Shown here: one piece after another, positions 1 through 10,282 of the stretch | How the letters are laid out: each line of letters begins with the position of its first letter | Position numbering within the stretch: position 1 is the stretch's first letter | From: Sedimentisphaerales bacterium | Lineage (GTDB): Bacteria; Planctomycetota; Phycisphaerae; Sedimentisphaerales; SM23-30 | NCBI GenBank assembly: GCA_963663805.2 | Contig: CAXXMR010000013.1 | Span: 256,001 to 320,000 of the forward strand | Reading direction: 5' to 3' | Length of the DNA stretch: 64,000 nucleotides | The notes under the pieces: generated by a model | Seen by the model: the letters and a program-made list of their open reading frames with translations, nothing else | What the model was told of the DNA's origin: nothing | Databases searched by the model: none | Position numbers and translations under genes: made by a program

Positions 1-14
1 TCCCCACCCCGAAT

Positions 15-731
15 TTGCTGTTGTTTTTCCCCGGCCTTATCTACCTCATCCGTGGCCGTACCACTCTGAATAACCGTCCTCTGGAACTAACCCTGCTCGG
101 CCTGCTGGCGGTTTACCTCATTTTCGCCATCCGCTACAAAGTCCCCGACCAGTTCGCCTTCTTCGTTCCGGCCTATCTGATGATGGTACTTACCATTGCC
201 CTTGCCGCCCAAAAACTAATCAAACCCAAACCCGGCAATATCACTCTTGCCATAATCTTCGCCTGCCTGCCCATATTAGTCTACGCGATAGGCCCCCAAG
301 TCGCCCGCGCTCGCCACATCGCCGTTCCCGGCCTTACTCGCGAAGTACCATTTCGCGACCCTTACACCTATTTTCTCCAACCCTGGAAAACCCGCGAAAC
401 AGGCCCCCAGCAATTCGCCCAGGCCGTCGCCCAAACCGTCCCGCCCGGCAGTATCATCATCGCTGACAGCACAACCATGCGACCCTTACTCTATAATCGC
501 ATCGTATATAACCAGTTCCCCGAAATAATCCTGCTGACCCAGAGCGGTACACCCGCCGACTGCCCATCCAAACCGCCTATGCTAACCGAACAGAACATTT
601 TCGAAGAACTAAGCCGCACTAATATCTACATCGTAACCCCCCAAAAAGGCTACGCCCCCCAATGGCTGCTCGACACCTGCCAATTCACCCCCGCAGACCC
701 CATCTACAAGATCAGCCCGAAGAACCCCTGA
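15..731 (+). CDS. C-terminal part of a multi-pass membrane protein (glycosyltransferase/DUF2723-like), probably starting before the window
   Basis: Open frame from the window edge; three hydrophobic segments then a soluble tail with a PPGSIIIAD-type segment seen in membrane glycosyltransferase-like proteins. Confidence 0.45.
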   Translation: MLLFFPGLIYLIRGRTTLNNRPLELTLLGLLAVYLIFAIRYKVPDQFAFFVPAYLMMVLTIALAAQKLIKPKPGNITLAIIFACLPILVYAIGPQVARARHIAVPGLTREVPFRDPYTYFLQPWKTRETGPQQFAQAVAQTVPPGSIIIADSTTMRPLLYNRIVYNQFPEIILLTQSGTPADCPSKPPMLTEQNIFEELSRTNIYIVTPQKGYAPQWLLDTCQFTPADPIYKISPKNP

Positions 732-784
732 CCCTCACGGCGATCAATCATTACAATACGTACCGTTGTTTAAAGTTTTAAAAG

Positions 785-1522
785 ATGGACCAGTCAACCA
801 GCCAATATGTTCACGCCGAGCACATCGCCCGCGAATACGACAGCTATTTCCAGGGCACCGAGCTGTTCGAATACGACAGCCGGGTCCTGCGTCGCTGGTT
901 CCCCCGGCCTGGCCGACTCATAGACCTCGGCTGCGGTACAGGCCGCCACCTTGCCGACTTTGCCCCGCTGGGCCACGACCTCACCGGCATAGACCTTTCA
1001 CTCGCCATGCTCGACCACGCCGCCCGCAAAGCCCCAGCCGCCCGACTCTTCCAGATGGACCTCGCTAACCTCAACATCGACGAACTGGGCCGCAACCGAT
1101 ACGATTACGCTATTTGCATGTTCAGCACCCTGGGCCTCATCAAAGGTCGCCAAAACCGCCTGACGACCTTACGGAATTTCCGCGACCTGCTCGCTCCTCA
1201 AGGCCAACTCGCCCTGCACGTCCACAATTACTGGTACAACATCTGGCGACTGGAAGGCTGGGAGTTCCTCATTCGCAACTACCTCGCCTGCCTCACCGAC
1301 CGAGCCGAACCCGGCGACAAATACCTCTCGACCTACCGCGGCATAAAAAAAATGTACATCCACGTTTTCACCTCAGACAGTATCCGCCAGCTGCTAACCG
1401 AATCTGGATTTGAACTAACCGAGATCATCTACCTGAACCGAAAGAGAAACGCCCCCCTGAAATCAAACCTATGCCCCGAACTAAGAGCTAACGGCTTCCT
1501 CATAAAGGCAAGCCCCAGATAA
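785..1522 (+). CDS. Class I SAM-dependent methyltransferase
   Basis: LIDLGCGTGRH motif I, GIDLS motif II, RDLLAPQG motif. Confidence 0.9.
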   Translation: MDQSTSQYVHAEHIAREYDSYFQGTELFEYDSRVLRRWFPRPGRLIDLGCGTGRHLADFAPLGHDLTGIDLSLAMLDHAARKAPAARLFQMDLANLNIDELGRNRYDYAICMFSTLGLIKGRQNRLTTLRNFRDLLAPQGQLALHVHNYWYNIWRLEGWEFLIRNYLACLTDRAEPGDKYLSTYRGIKKMYIHVFTSDSIRQLLTESGFELTEIIYLNRKRNAPLKSNLCPELRANGFLIKASPR

Positions 1523-1623
1523 ATCTTCATTTTAGTCTTGGCTGTGTAAGATATTCAGAAAAGATAGCAAATGCTTAGTTTTTTGATTTTTGTAGAGGAA
1601 ATCACGGTATTTGGCCTAAAAAA

Positions 1624-2484
1624 TCAAAGTTGGGAAGTAGAAATTGGTTTGTGCCAGACGTTCATGCTTTCGATTTTACCGGCGATGTTGGTGTTGTTGA
1701 TTAGTCGTCCGGTGTATGTATATCCTTGTCGGGCGAAGGTGATGTTCATTCCTGCTGAGGCTGACCGGGCGATGGTGTAGGCGGTTTTGAAGGCTTGCCG
1801 GGCGAGTTGGTTGTCCATGTATGCCAGGAGTTTTTGGGCGTAGCCGCGGCTGCGATATGAGGGCAGGGTGGCGAAGTCGGTCATCTCTACACTAGCGGAA
1901 TCCGGGTCGGTCTCGGCAGAGGAAAGCGACACTAAATTGCCGTCAAGTTCGATGCCGTAGTAGATGATATTTTCGTTCATGGTCTGTTTGAGGTATTCCG
2001 GTTCGTGAATGGGGAAGGGATAGGACGCGAAAACTTTCTGATAGATTTCGGCCATTCGTTCAGCGTCTTCGGGTTGACATATTCGCATTACGGCCCCTGG
2101 CTCTAAGGGTTGGTCGGGGCGTTTTGGGCGACTTTTTTGTTGGGCTAGTTTCAGGTTTTGTTCGAGCTGTTCTTTTTCCTTTTCGAGTTTGCGTTGATTG
2201 TCCAGATAGAAACCCAGGAAGACCGCGTCGGTGCGGCCCTGATAGAATTCAGGTATTTCGGCTTCTTGTTCGTAGCCAGCGTTCATAAACGGTTCTGCGT
2301 CGGCGCGGGGGATCTTGGCGAAAATTTTGGTATATCCCTGCTCCTGAGCCAACTGATTAAGGGCGGGTACGAGTTGGGCGGGTTCGGCGTTTTTGATTTT
2401 CATGAGATATATTCGTTGGGAAAGCGGCCCGTGCTGGATGAGGGCGTTTTTGAATATTTCTATTTTGTCTGGTGTTTGTGTCAT
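1624..2484 (-). CDS. ablB: Beta-lysine N-acetyltransferase (double GNAT)
   Basis: QRIYLMK, GYTKIFAK, SYPFPI, EMTDFATLPSYR, NTNIAGKIESMNVW motifs; same operon as lysine 2,3-aminomutase; start set at MTQTPDK ATG just after the upstream stop. Confidence 0.88.
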   Translation of the reverse strand: MTQTPDKIEIFKNALIQHGPLSQRIYLMKIKNAEPAQLVPALNQLAQEQGYTKIFAKIPRADAEPFMNAGYEQEAEIPEFYQGRTDAVFLGFYLDNQRKLEKEKEQLEQNLKLAQQKSRPKRPDQPLEPGAVMRICQPEDAERMAEIYQKVFASYPFPIHEPEYLKQTMNENIIYYGIELDGNLVSLSSAETDPDSASVEMTDFATLPSYRSRGYAQKLLAYMDNQLARQAFKTAYTIARSASAGMNITFARQGYTYTGRLINNTNIAGKIESMNVWHKPISTSQL

Positions 2485-2485
2485 G

Positions 2486-3916
2486 TCAGGTGGTTTTCTT
2501 TGCGGTTGCAAGTGAGACAACAATGTATATGAGGGCTGAAATTGCTATGCCGTAGAAACTGGCATCAAGGCCTATGTTAGCGATCTTAGCGGGCAGTTTA
2601 ACGACTTTTGTCAGCAGCAGCAGAGTTGTAATACCACCGGTGAGCATGGCGGCGAGGGCGGCTGCTGATGTCCCTTTTTTCCAGAAGTACGCGCCCAGGG
2701 TGGGTATAAACAAACCGGATACCATAAAGGCATAGGCGTAAAGAATGGCATCCAGTACGGTATTGAACTGGGCGGCGAGAATGACTGCCAGAGCGCCGAT
2801 GATGAATGTGGCGAGCATTGAAAGTCTGATGCTGGCTTTGGTGGAGAGGTTTGGTGCGAAATATCTTTCGATAACATCATTGACGAAATTTCCCGACGAG
2901 GCCATCAGGCAACTATCGGCGGTGGACATGATTGCTGAGAAGTAAGATGCGATTACGATACCGGTGACACCTATAGGCAGGATGTCGCGGATGAGCATGG
3001 GCATGGCCATTTCGGCTTCAGCCTGGGGGAATACGACCCGGGCGCACATGCCGAGAAAGACTCCGGTAAAGGCCATTATAGGATATTCGAAGATTCCGGC
3101 GATATACCAGGCTCGGCGTGCTTCCTTTTCGTTTTTGCAGGCGTACATTCTCTGGTAGAGGGTCATGCCGATAATCCAGATGGGGATAATTGTGACCATC
3201 CAATTAATAAAAGTGACTGGTTTGATATTGGTGAGGGTAAAAAATTCTTTGGGCAGATTTTCTTTAAGAGCCTCGATGCCGCCGATTTCGTGGAGTGTTA
3301 CGGGTATGGTTACAAACAGCAAACCCGACAAGAGCAGGGCCCATTGGATAGTGTCGGTGTATATTACCGCTTTGAGCCCGCCGACTACGGTGTAAAGTAT
3401 GGTGATGGCCGCGATTGCCAGGAGTGCGAAAGTTACGGGGGCTATGCCGAAGGGATTGGTTTGAAAAATTGTCGCTGAGGCTAGTTTAGCACCGGCCAGC
3501 ATTTGGGCTCCGGTAAAGCCGAGATAGCCGATGCCGGAAATCAAGGCGGTGACCAGAGCTACTTTGTTATTGTAGCGATGGCGCAGGAAATCGGGGTAGG
3601 TAAAAAAATCGTGTTTAGCGTCCAGCTTTTTAATCCGAGGGATAATGAGTACGGCTGTAATCCAGGCACCTACCAGTCCGGTGAAGAGCAGCCAGCTGCC
3701 GGAAAGTCCCATGGCGAATCCTACGCCGCCCAGTCCGATAGAGAATCCGCCTCCGACATCAGTGGCGACGATAGAGAGTCCGACGTGCGAGGCCTTGATG
3801 GAGCGGCTGCCGACGTAATAATCTTCAGTGCTTTTGTTGCGGAAGAAATGGTAGAAGCCGACGGCGAGTACGCCGAGCATGTAAACAATAAAAATCAGGT
3901 AGTCGATCAATGCCAT
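2486..3916 (-). CDS. Sodium:solute symporter family protein
   Basis: Many TM segments; [30 protein letters not shown]-family motifs. Confidence 0.9.
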   Translation of the reverse strand: MALIDYLIFIVYMLGVLAVGFYHFFRNKSTEDYYVGSRSIKASHVGLSIVATDVGGGFSIGLGGVGFAMGLSGSWLLFTGLVGAWITAVLIIPRIKKLDAKHDFFTYPDFLRHRYNNKVALVTALISGIGYLGFTGAQMLAGAKLASATIFQTNPFGIAPVTFALLAIAAITILYTVVGGLKAVIYTDTIQWALLLSGLLFVTIPVTLHEIGGIEALKENLPKEFFTLTNIKPVTFINWMVTIIPIWIIGMTLYQRMYACKNEKEARRAWYIAGIFEYPIMAFTGVFLGMCARVVFPQAEAEMAMPMLIRDILPIGVTGIVIASYFSAIMSTADSCLMASSGNFVNDVIERYFAPNLSTKASIRLSMLATFIIGALAVILAAQFNTVLDAILYAYAFMVSGLFIPTLGAYFWKKGTSAAALAAMLTGGITTLLLLTKVVKLPAKIANIGLDASFYGIAISALIYIVVSLATAKKTT

Positions 3917-3980
3917 TTTTGTGGTCCTGTTTTTTTATGCGTATCTTGTTAAATTCTAAACTACAAACAACGAAAACTGA

Positions 3981-4010
3981 AATATTTAGCTACGGATTAC
4001 ACGGATTTTT
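3981..4010. repeat. Dispersed intergenic repeat (AATATTTAGCnnCGGATTACACGGATT); an inverted copy lies at about 39080-39107
   Basis: aatatttagctacggattacacggattttt here matches the reverse complement of aatccgtgtaatccgcggctaaatatt downstream of mutS. Confidence 0.6.
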
Positions 4011-4013
4011 TAT

Positions 4014-4044
4014 TAAGACATAAGATATAAGATGTAAGTTATAA
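4014..4044 (+). repeat. Heptamer tandem repeat (TAAGAnn) interrupted by the IS
   Basis: TAAGACA TAAGATA TAAGATG TAAGTTA TAA, then the IS, then TAAGATT at 5403-5409. Confidence 0.7.
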
Positions 4045-5405
4045 CTCAAACTGACCGATTTTATGCCGCAAGGAGTTTTTCCAGGCGGCGGATAACTTTT
4101 TTATCATGAGACACTTTAATAACATTTTGAACCTCCTGATTCCAGACAATCTGGTGCATTTGAGCTTTGAGTTGGCTGATCGGCGGCACAGACAGCATAT
4201 TCTTGGTATCGTTTTTATGGCCTTGTGCACGTTGGTCATTCAGGCCAACATGGGTCAGGCAGGCATAGGCACTATCGACCAGGGACAGGTGTCTAACTAT
4301 CGCCCGGTACCGCCAAACACGGTAATCGCCCAGTCCCAGATGCTGTTTCTGTTCTTTGATCATCACCTCAATTGCCCAACGCTTCAGATAGCGGCTGACA
4401 ATTTTCTTCGTCGACAAGCGCAGGTCGTTCGTAACCAGAGCAATCACATTACGATCGTTCCGGCGCTTGGAGAACACAACTTTAACTTCGCCAAGTTTAT
4501 TCATCACTCCAGCACGCTGAGCGAGTTTGTAGGAGGAGGTTTTACGCAGCCCCTTAATGCTATGCCAACTGCCAGTTCGGTTCAAAATATTCTTACCGTA
4601 TTTGCCAATCTTATGTTTGGTCGAACTAACGGTAAGCCAGCGATTCGACTTGCTAACCCCAATATAACGCCATTTCCTTGCTTTACAGGCATTGACAACC
4701 GCAGGACAAAGATAGAACGCATCGAACAAAACAGTGACATCAAATTTCTCGGGAATTTCTGCTGTCCGAACAATTTGCCCGGCCAGTTCCGTAAGTTTTT
4801 GGAAGGGAACCTTAAGTTCTTTGACATGTTCTTTTTTGACGTACAGCCAGGAACCCAAAGGTATAGTTACGCCTCGGTAAAACAGACAAGCTTTGACAAT
4901 GGTATGGCCCATGCAGTATTTCCCGGAGGCATGATGATGTATCTTGCCGACCGCCTGCATCTTCTTGGCCCGCTTGATCGTTTGAGTGTCGTCGATAATC
5001 AGCAGACAGTCTTTGCATCCTTTTTTGAAGAGACCACTGAGCATTCCGACAGCCTGACCTTTAACCACAGCCATCTCGTCAAAGTCACTGCGCCAAAGAA
5101 ATTCACCGTGATTGGTGCGGTGAGTAGCATTGCGCAAGAGCTTTACCAGCCTGTCGATGGTACTACCGTGGCTGATACAAATAGCAATCACCATATTGCA
5201 ATAATAAGAATAAACGTGAGCCGAAACCAGGCTTTTGGTCGGCCGAAAAAAAGTTTTGACTTTTTGAGGAATTTTGCCGATAGTAAGCATAAGGCCTCCT
5301 TGCCAGTAAATGTTGGTTTGCACTACATTTATCGGCTCGAAAGGCCTTTTTTGTTCAACTATCAATACCATCAAAATCCCTTCAATCGGTCAGTTTGAGT
5401 TATAA
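4039..5405 (-). mobile_element. IS701-family insertion sequence, complete, with terminal inverted repeats
   Basis: Perfect 22-bp inverted repeat TTATAACTCAAACTGACCGATT (4039-4060) / AATCGGTCAGTTTGAGTTATAA (5384-5405) flanking a DDE transposase; the outer TTATAA palindrome includes the likely target duplication. Confidence 0.92.
4061..5290 (-). CDS. IS701/IS4-superfamily DDE transposase
   Basis: LIIDDT, VLFDAFY, YLKRWAIEVMIKEQKQHLGLGDY (YREK-type) motifs; AGGAGG RBS before ATG 5290. Confidence 0.9.
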   Translation of the reverse strand: MLTIGKIPQKVKTFFRPTKSLVSAHVYSYYCNMVIAICISHGSTIDRLVKLLRNATHRTNHGEFLWRSDFDEMAVVKGQAVGMLSGLFKKGCKDCLLIIDDTQTIKRAKKMQAVGKIHHHASGKYCMGHTIVKACLFYRGVTIPLGSWLYVKKEHVKELKVPFQKLTELAGQIVRTAEIPEKFDVTVLFDAFYLCPAVVNACKARKWRYIGVSKSNRWLTVSSTKHKIGKYGKNILNRTGSWHSIKGLRKTSSYKLAQRAGVMNKLGEVKVVFSKRRNDRNVIALVTNDLRLSTKKIVSRYLKRWAIEVMIKEQKQHLGLGDYRVWRYRAIVRHLSLVDSAYACLTHVGLNDQRAQGHKNDTKNMLSVPPISQLKAQMHQIVWNQEVQNVIKVSHDKKVIRRLEKLLAA

Positions 5406-5573
5406 GATTAACGGCGAGGTTCTTTCGCCCCTTCGGGGTCTTTTAGAGAAAAAGTTGTGACCGGTTACGATAATTGTTTTTGAGGTAAACCGGGATTTGT
5501 GGTTTTTGTATCCGACTGCTTACGCAGTTCGGCTTTTGTTGGTTTGATTGTTTTTGTGGTTGATTTTTCTTGT

Positions 5574-6881
5574 TTATTCGTTGCGTCGGTCGTGTCTTTC
5601 GTTGGATGATGGTACTAGCGAGATGGTTTTGTCATGGTCCGAGAGCAGCTGTTCGATGCCGAGAACATTGGTTTCCTGAGCATCTTCGAGGCTGAGCTGG
5701 AGGTCACATTTGTCGCAGTTTCGGTCACAGAATTTTGCTTCATAGGAGTCTGGCTCCCTATAGGTTGTGATGACTCCTTCATAGTTTCGCAGTACGACCT
5801 TATTGGTTGACCAGGAAATGAGGTAGTTGGGCATGACGGGGATTTTGCCGCCTCCGCCGGGCGCGTCGATGACATAGGTGGGCACGCAGAAGCCGCTGGT
5901 ATGGCCGATGAGGCTTTCGAGGATTTCAATTCCTTTGCCCACTGGGGTGCGGAAATGGTCCAGGCCTTCGGATAAATCACACTGATACAAATAATAGGGA
6001 CGCACTCTGTTATATACCAGTTTATGGACAAGTGATTTCATGATTCTGGGGCAGTCATTGACACCAGCCAGCAGAACCGACTGGTTGCCCAGAGGGATGC
6101 CGGCGTCGGCGAGCATTGCCAGGGCCCGTCGCGACGTGGTGGTTAGTTCGCGGGGATGATTAAAATGGGTATTAATCCAGACGGGGTGATGTTTTTTGAG
6201 GACATTCACCAGGTTTTCGGTGATTCGGTAGGGCAGAACGACGGGGGTTCTGGTGCCGATACGGACAATTTCGACATGTTCGATTTTGTTGAGTTCGGTG
6301 AGAATCCAGTCGATTCTTTCGTCGCTGAGCAGGAACGGGTCTCCGCCGGAGAGCAGTACGTCGCGTACCTGTGGAGTGTTTTTGATGTATTCAATTCCGT
6401 CGAGCAGTTGATTTTTGTCGGGTATTGAGTCGATATCTCCGACCTGCCTTTTACGGGTGCAATGGCGGCAGTACATCGAACAGGTATTACTCACGAGAAA
6501 CAGAACGCGGTCGGGGTAGCGATGGGTTATTCCGGGTACAGGTGAGTCTTCGTCTTCGTGGAGCGGGTCGGACATGTCTGATGGACAGATTTGCAGTTCC
6601 AGAGGCGAAGGGAATGACTGCTTGAAAACAGGGTCGTTTTCTAAATCGCGTGGATTGATGAGCGAGAGGTAGTATGGTGTTACACTCATGGGGAATTTGG
6701 CTATGGTTCTTTTGAACGCCTCGCGCATTTCGTCATCCAGTCTTACGTTGAGGAGTTTTTCGAAGGTGTCGAGGTCTTTGATGCAGTGTCGCATCTGCCA
6801 TTTCCAGTCGGTCCAATGCGAGCTGGTGACCTTGTCGTCCATGTAGTCGATTATTTTTTGTTGTCTTATCGTCAGCTTCAT
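5574..6881 (-). CDS. ablA: Lysine 2,3-aminomutase (radical SAM, PLP)
   Basis: CSMYCRHC radical-SAM motif, [18 protein letters not shown]-lysine motif; linked to ablB. Confidence 0.93.
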   Translation of the reverse strand: MKLTIRQQKIIDYMDDKVTSSHWTDWKWQMRHCIKDLDTFEKLLNVRLDDEMREAFKRTIAKFPMSVTPYYLSLINPRDLENDPVFKQSFPSPLELQICPSDMSDPLHEDEDSPVPGITHRYPDRVLFLVSNTCSMYCRHCTRKRQVGDIDSIPDKNQLLDGIEYIKNTPQVRDVLLSGGDPFLLSDERIDWILTELNKIEHVEIVRIGTRTPVVLPYRITENLVNVLKKHHPVWINTHFNHPRELTTTSRRALAMLADAGIPLGNQSVLLAGVNDCPRIMKSLVHKLVYNRVRPYYLYQCDLSEGLDHFRTPVGKGIEILESLIGHTSGFCVPTYVIDAPGGGGKIPVMPNYLISWSTNKVVLRNYEGVITTYREPDSYEAKFCDRNCDKCDLQLSLEDAQETNVLGIEQLLSDHDKTISLVPSSNERHDRRNE

Positions 6882-6896
6882 GATTTATCCTTATAG

Positions 6897-7415
6897 TTAT
6901 TCCGAAGTGTTAAGGTTTGTTTCAGTGATAAGGTTAGGTGAGGCCTGAAGATGGTCGGCCTCCATTAGTGATACGATTCTCTCCAGCGACAAAGTTATAG
7001 CGGCTTGTTCGAGTTCGGGCAGATTTTTGAGGGCCAGGGCAAAGCGTTCCTGCAGGAGTGACGGGCCGGTCTGAGTGAAGTCCCGGCCTGCGGTTGTTGG
7101 TTCGAGGAAAGTTTTACGGCGGTCTGTCACGTCACGGCGTCGGAATATTAGTCCTTTTTTTTCGAGGCGGTCGATTATGCCGTTTACGGTACTGGAGCCG
7201 ATACTGACCTGTTGGGCCAGCTGTATCTGGGTCAGGGGCTGATTCTTTACGATGGCGTGCAGGCAGATAAGCTGGGGGGCGGTGATATGGAATTTCTGGT
7301 TGAGGCTGCGGGAGTGGATGTCAACCGCCCGGATGATTCGGCGTAGAGAGCGTAGAATACGTAAGTCATATTCCAGTAATGACTTATCGGGCAGGGACTC
7401 GTTAATGTTTCTCAT
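6897..7415 (-). CDS. MarR family transcriptional regulator
   Basis: ITAPQLICL, STVNGIIDRLEKKGLIFRRRDVTDRR winged-helix signature; heads the abl operon. Confidence 0.9.
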   Translation of the reverse strand: MRNINESLPDKSLLEYDLRILRSLRRIIRAVDIHSRSLNQKFHITAPQLICLHAIVKNQPLTQIQLAQQVSIGSSTVNGIIDRLEKKGLIFRRRDVTDRRKTFLEPTTAGRDFTQTGPSLLQERFALALKNLPELEQAAITLSLERIVSLMEADHLQASPNLITETNLNTSE

Positions 7416-7688
7416 AAAACAGCTTTTCCTTATTGACTGTACCCTCCCTCAAAATACTTCTAACACGAATGATTTTATGACGAAGCATCATTTTTGTCAA
7501 GTTTATTATAATATTTTGTAAAATAAGGATTTATGGTAATAATCCGTCAGGTTTGGTGTAATTTGCTGATAGTGGGGTTTATTGGGCTTGACCGGGGGTG
7601 GTGATTTGGGTTTTAATCGCCCTTTCGCTGTGATTGAGCGATATTTGCTATCCTGGATTGGCAGGGCACTTATTAGAGGTTTTAGTAT

Positions 7689-8879
7689 ATGAAAGCTAAG
7701 GGTCGTTATGGTGATTTTGGGGGATACTATGTGCCGGAGATTTTGATTCCGGCATTGGAGGAGATTGAGGCGGCGTTTGATCGTTATAAGGATGACGCGG
7801 AGTTCTGTCGTGAGCTGGCGTTTCTGGAGAGCGATTACGCTGGTCGGCCTACGGCGTTGTATCGTTCGGGGGCATTAAGCGAGGCTGTGGGTGCGGAGGT
7901 TTATCTCAAGCGGGAAGACCTGATGCACGGCGGGGCCCATAAGCTCAATAATACTCTGGGGCAGGGTCTGCTGGCGAAATACATGGGCAAGCAAAAGCTC
8001 ATCGCTGAAACCGGGGCGGGTCAGCATGGCTTGGCGACCGCTACCATCGGGGCGATGATGGGGATGGAAGTTAAAATTTTTATGGGCAAGCTGGACATCG
8101 AACGGCAGATGCCTAATGTGCAGAAGATGCGGCTTTTGGGTGCTGAGGTTATTCCGGTTCAGGGTTCCAGCGGTACGCTTAAAGATGCGATTAACGATGC
8201 TTTGCGGTACTGGACGGCGCATGTTGATGATACTTTCTATTTGTTCGGGACGGCGGCGGGGCCTCATCCTTATCCGGCGATTGTACGTCATTTTCAGCGG
8301 ATTATCGGTGATGAGTCGCGGCGTCAATGTCTGGAAAAGACGGGCAAGCTGCCGACGGCGGTGGTGGCTTGTGTGGGAGGTGGCAGTAACGCTATAGGTA
8401 TGTTCGCGGGGTTTGTGGATGACAAGGATGTGCAGCTTATCGGGGTGGAAGCGGCGGGCGAAGGATTAGATACCGAACGTCACGCGGCAACGCTGGAAAA
8501 GGGTGCGGTGGGTGTGCTGCATGGGGCACGGTCTTATCTGCTTCAGGATGCCAATGGTCAGGTTCACGAATCGCATTCGATTAGTGCGGGGCTTGATTAT
8601 CCCGGCGTCGGCCCGGAACATAGTTTTCTGATGGAGACCAGGCGGGCGGAATATGTGGGGGCGACTGATGATGAAGTGCTGGAGACATTTCTGTTTTTGA
8701 CGCGTAAGGAAGGGATTTTTCCGGCTTTTGAGAGTGCCCACGCGGTGGCCTGGGTATTGAGGCAGGCGGAGAGGTTTAAAAAAGATGATATTGTGATTAT
8801 CAACCTCAGCGGCAGGGGGGATAAGGATGTGGACGCGTTCATATCCTATCGCTCGGATTCTGTATCGTTTAAAAAGTGA
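7689..8879 (+). CDS. trpB: Tryptophan synthase beta subunit
   Basis: LKREDLMHGGAHKLNN, AETGAGQHG, SISAGLDYPGVGPEH, NLSGRGDKD. Confidence 0.97.
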   Translation: MKAKGRYGDFGGYYVPEILIPALEEIEAAFDRYKDDAEFCRELAFLESDYAGRPTALYRSGALSEAVGAEVYLKREDLMHGGAHKLNNTLGQGLLAKYMGKQKLIAETGAGQHGLATATIGAMMGMEVKIFMGKLDIERQMPNVQKMRLLGAEVIPVQGSSGTLKDAINDALRYWTAHVDDTFYLFGTAAGPHPYPAIVRHFQRIIGDESRRQCLEKTGKLPTAVVACVGGGSNAIGMFAGFVDDKDVQLIGVEAAGEGLDTERHAATLEKGAVGVLHGARSYLLQDANGQVHESHSISAGLDYPGVGPEHSFLMETRRAEYVGATDDEVLETFLFLTRKEGIFPAFESAHAVAWVLRQAERFKKDDIVIINLSGRGDKDVDAFISYRSDSVSFKK

Positions 8880-8903
8880 TTCGGTGGGAAAAAAGGTAGT
8901 TAT

Positions 8904-9692
8904 ATGAGGAAGTATTCTGACGTATTTAAAGAGGTTAAGACGGCCCTGATACCGTTTTTTGTGCTGGGCGACCCTAATCGGGAAGCGTCGCTGGGGCTTA
9001 TCAAGGGTGCTATTGACGCCGGGGCTGATATTCTGGAGCTGGGTATTCCGTTTAGTGACCCTATCGCTGATGGTCCTACCATTCAAAAGGCTGATATTCG
9101 CGCTTTGGAGCAGGGGGTGACTTGTGGCGATGCTCTGGCGATGATCGCGGAGATTAAGGCTTATGCGGATATTCCGGTGGGGCTTCTGATGTACTATAAT
9201 TTGATATGCAATTATGGTGTTGATAAGTTTTACGCTGATGCCGCTGGTGCCGGGGTTAATAGTGTGCTGGTGGCGGATTTGTGCATTGATGATGCTGAGG
9301 AAGTTGCCGCCCCAGCGCGTAAGTACGGGATAGATACGGTATTTATGGCGACTCCGATAACGGCGGAGGAACGCAAGAAACGGTTGGCAGAGCTTTGTAC
9401 GGGTTTTATTTATACCATAGGTGTGCTGGGCGTTACCGGGGCCCGCAGTGAGTTGGGCGAGGCTATTGGGCCTTTGGTGAAGTCCCTGAAGGAGCTTACA
9501 GATACGCCGGTTTGTGTGGGATTTGGGGTTAGTACGCCGGAACACGCCCGGACTTTGGCTGATCTGGGTGCTGACGGAGTTATAGTTGGCTCGGCGGTGG
9601 TGAAAATTATTGAGGATAATCTGGATAATCCTGAGCGGGCGGGCGAGGAAATCGGTCGGTTTTTGCAGGAAATGAAGGCTGCTTTGGCATAA
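8904..9692 (+). CDS. trpA: Tryptophan synthase alpha subunit
   Basis: LELGIPFSDPIADGPTIQ, GVTGAR, VGFGVS, ADGVIVGSA. Confidence 0.97.
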   Translation: MRKYSDVFKEVKTALIPFFVLGDPNREASLGLIKGAIDAGADILELGIPFSDPIADGPTIQKADIRALEQGVTCGDALAMIAEIKAYADIPVGLLMYYNLICNYGVDKFYADAAGAGVNSVLVADLCIDDAEEVAAPARKYGIDTVFMATPITAEERKKRLAELCTGFIYTIGVLGVTGARSELGEAIGPLVKSLKELTDTPVCVGFGVSTPEHARTLADLGADGVIVGSAVVKIIEDNLDNPERAGEEIGRFLQEMKAALA

Positions 9693-9821
9693 TTTTTATG
9701 GAGTCGCCATTAGGTGTTGTTGGGCAAGGGGTTATGGTTTTGGATGAAATCGCAAAAAAACACTTGCTTTGCAGGGCATAATGGGCATAATATTGCGATT
9801 CTGTGAAATGTTTAAGGAGCA

Positions 9822-10145
9822 ATGACAGTGTACGCAATAATTGAAGACGGCGGAAAACAGTATAAGGTAGCTCAGGGCGAGACGGTTTGTGTTGAGGTCC
9901 GTGATTTGAGCGAAGGTCAGAGTGAAATTACTTTTGATAGTGTTATTTTCTATCAGGATGGTGAAAAGACGCTTATCGGTCAGCCTCGACTGGCTGGTGC
10001 CCAGGTTAAAGCCAAAATAAATGGCGTAGCCCCTGGTCCGAAGCTTTATCCGATGCATTTTAAGCGTCGTAAGAATTCGCGAAGTCGTACCGGGCATCGT
10101 CAGAAATACCTCGAAGTTGAGGTGACTGAGATTCTGGCCGGCTGA
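9822..10145 (+). CDS. rplU: 50S ribosomal protein L21
   Basis: YAIIEDGGKQYKV and GHRQ motifs. Confidence 0.96.
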   Translation: MTVYAIIEDGGKQYKVAQGETVCVEVRDLSEGQSEITFDSVIFYQDGEKTLIGQPRLAGAQVKAKINGVAPGPKLYPMHFKRRKNSRSRTGHRQKYLEVEVTEILAG

Positions 10146-10171
10146 TTTTTAGCGCGGAAAATGGAAATGTG

Positions 10172-10213
10172 AGCCCGATCGGCTGCTGATGGCGGTTGAT
10201 TGGGCTTTTTTTT
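10172..10213 (+). terminator. Rho-independent terminator after rplU
   Basis: AGCCCGATCGGCTGC / GCGGTTGATTGGGCT stem followed by a T run. Confidence 0.75.
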
Positions 10214-10282
10214 GGTCGGTATTTTTGTAAATTGTCATTTTGGCGAAGTTCAGTTATTATAAAACCGGTATTAGCGGAGTGA

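Noticed and set aside
4106..5398. 430-aa plus-strand ORF
   Set aside because: Antisense shadow of the IS transposase with no recognisable motifs
8466..9545. 359-aa minus-strand ORF, and similar long ORFs such as 11492-12514 and 35193-35930
   Set aside because: Antisense to well-supported genes; expected in GC-rich coding DNA
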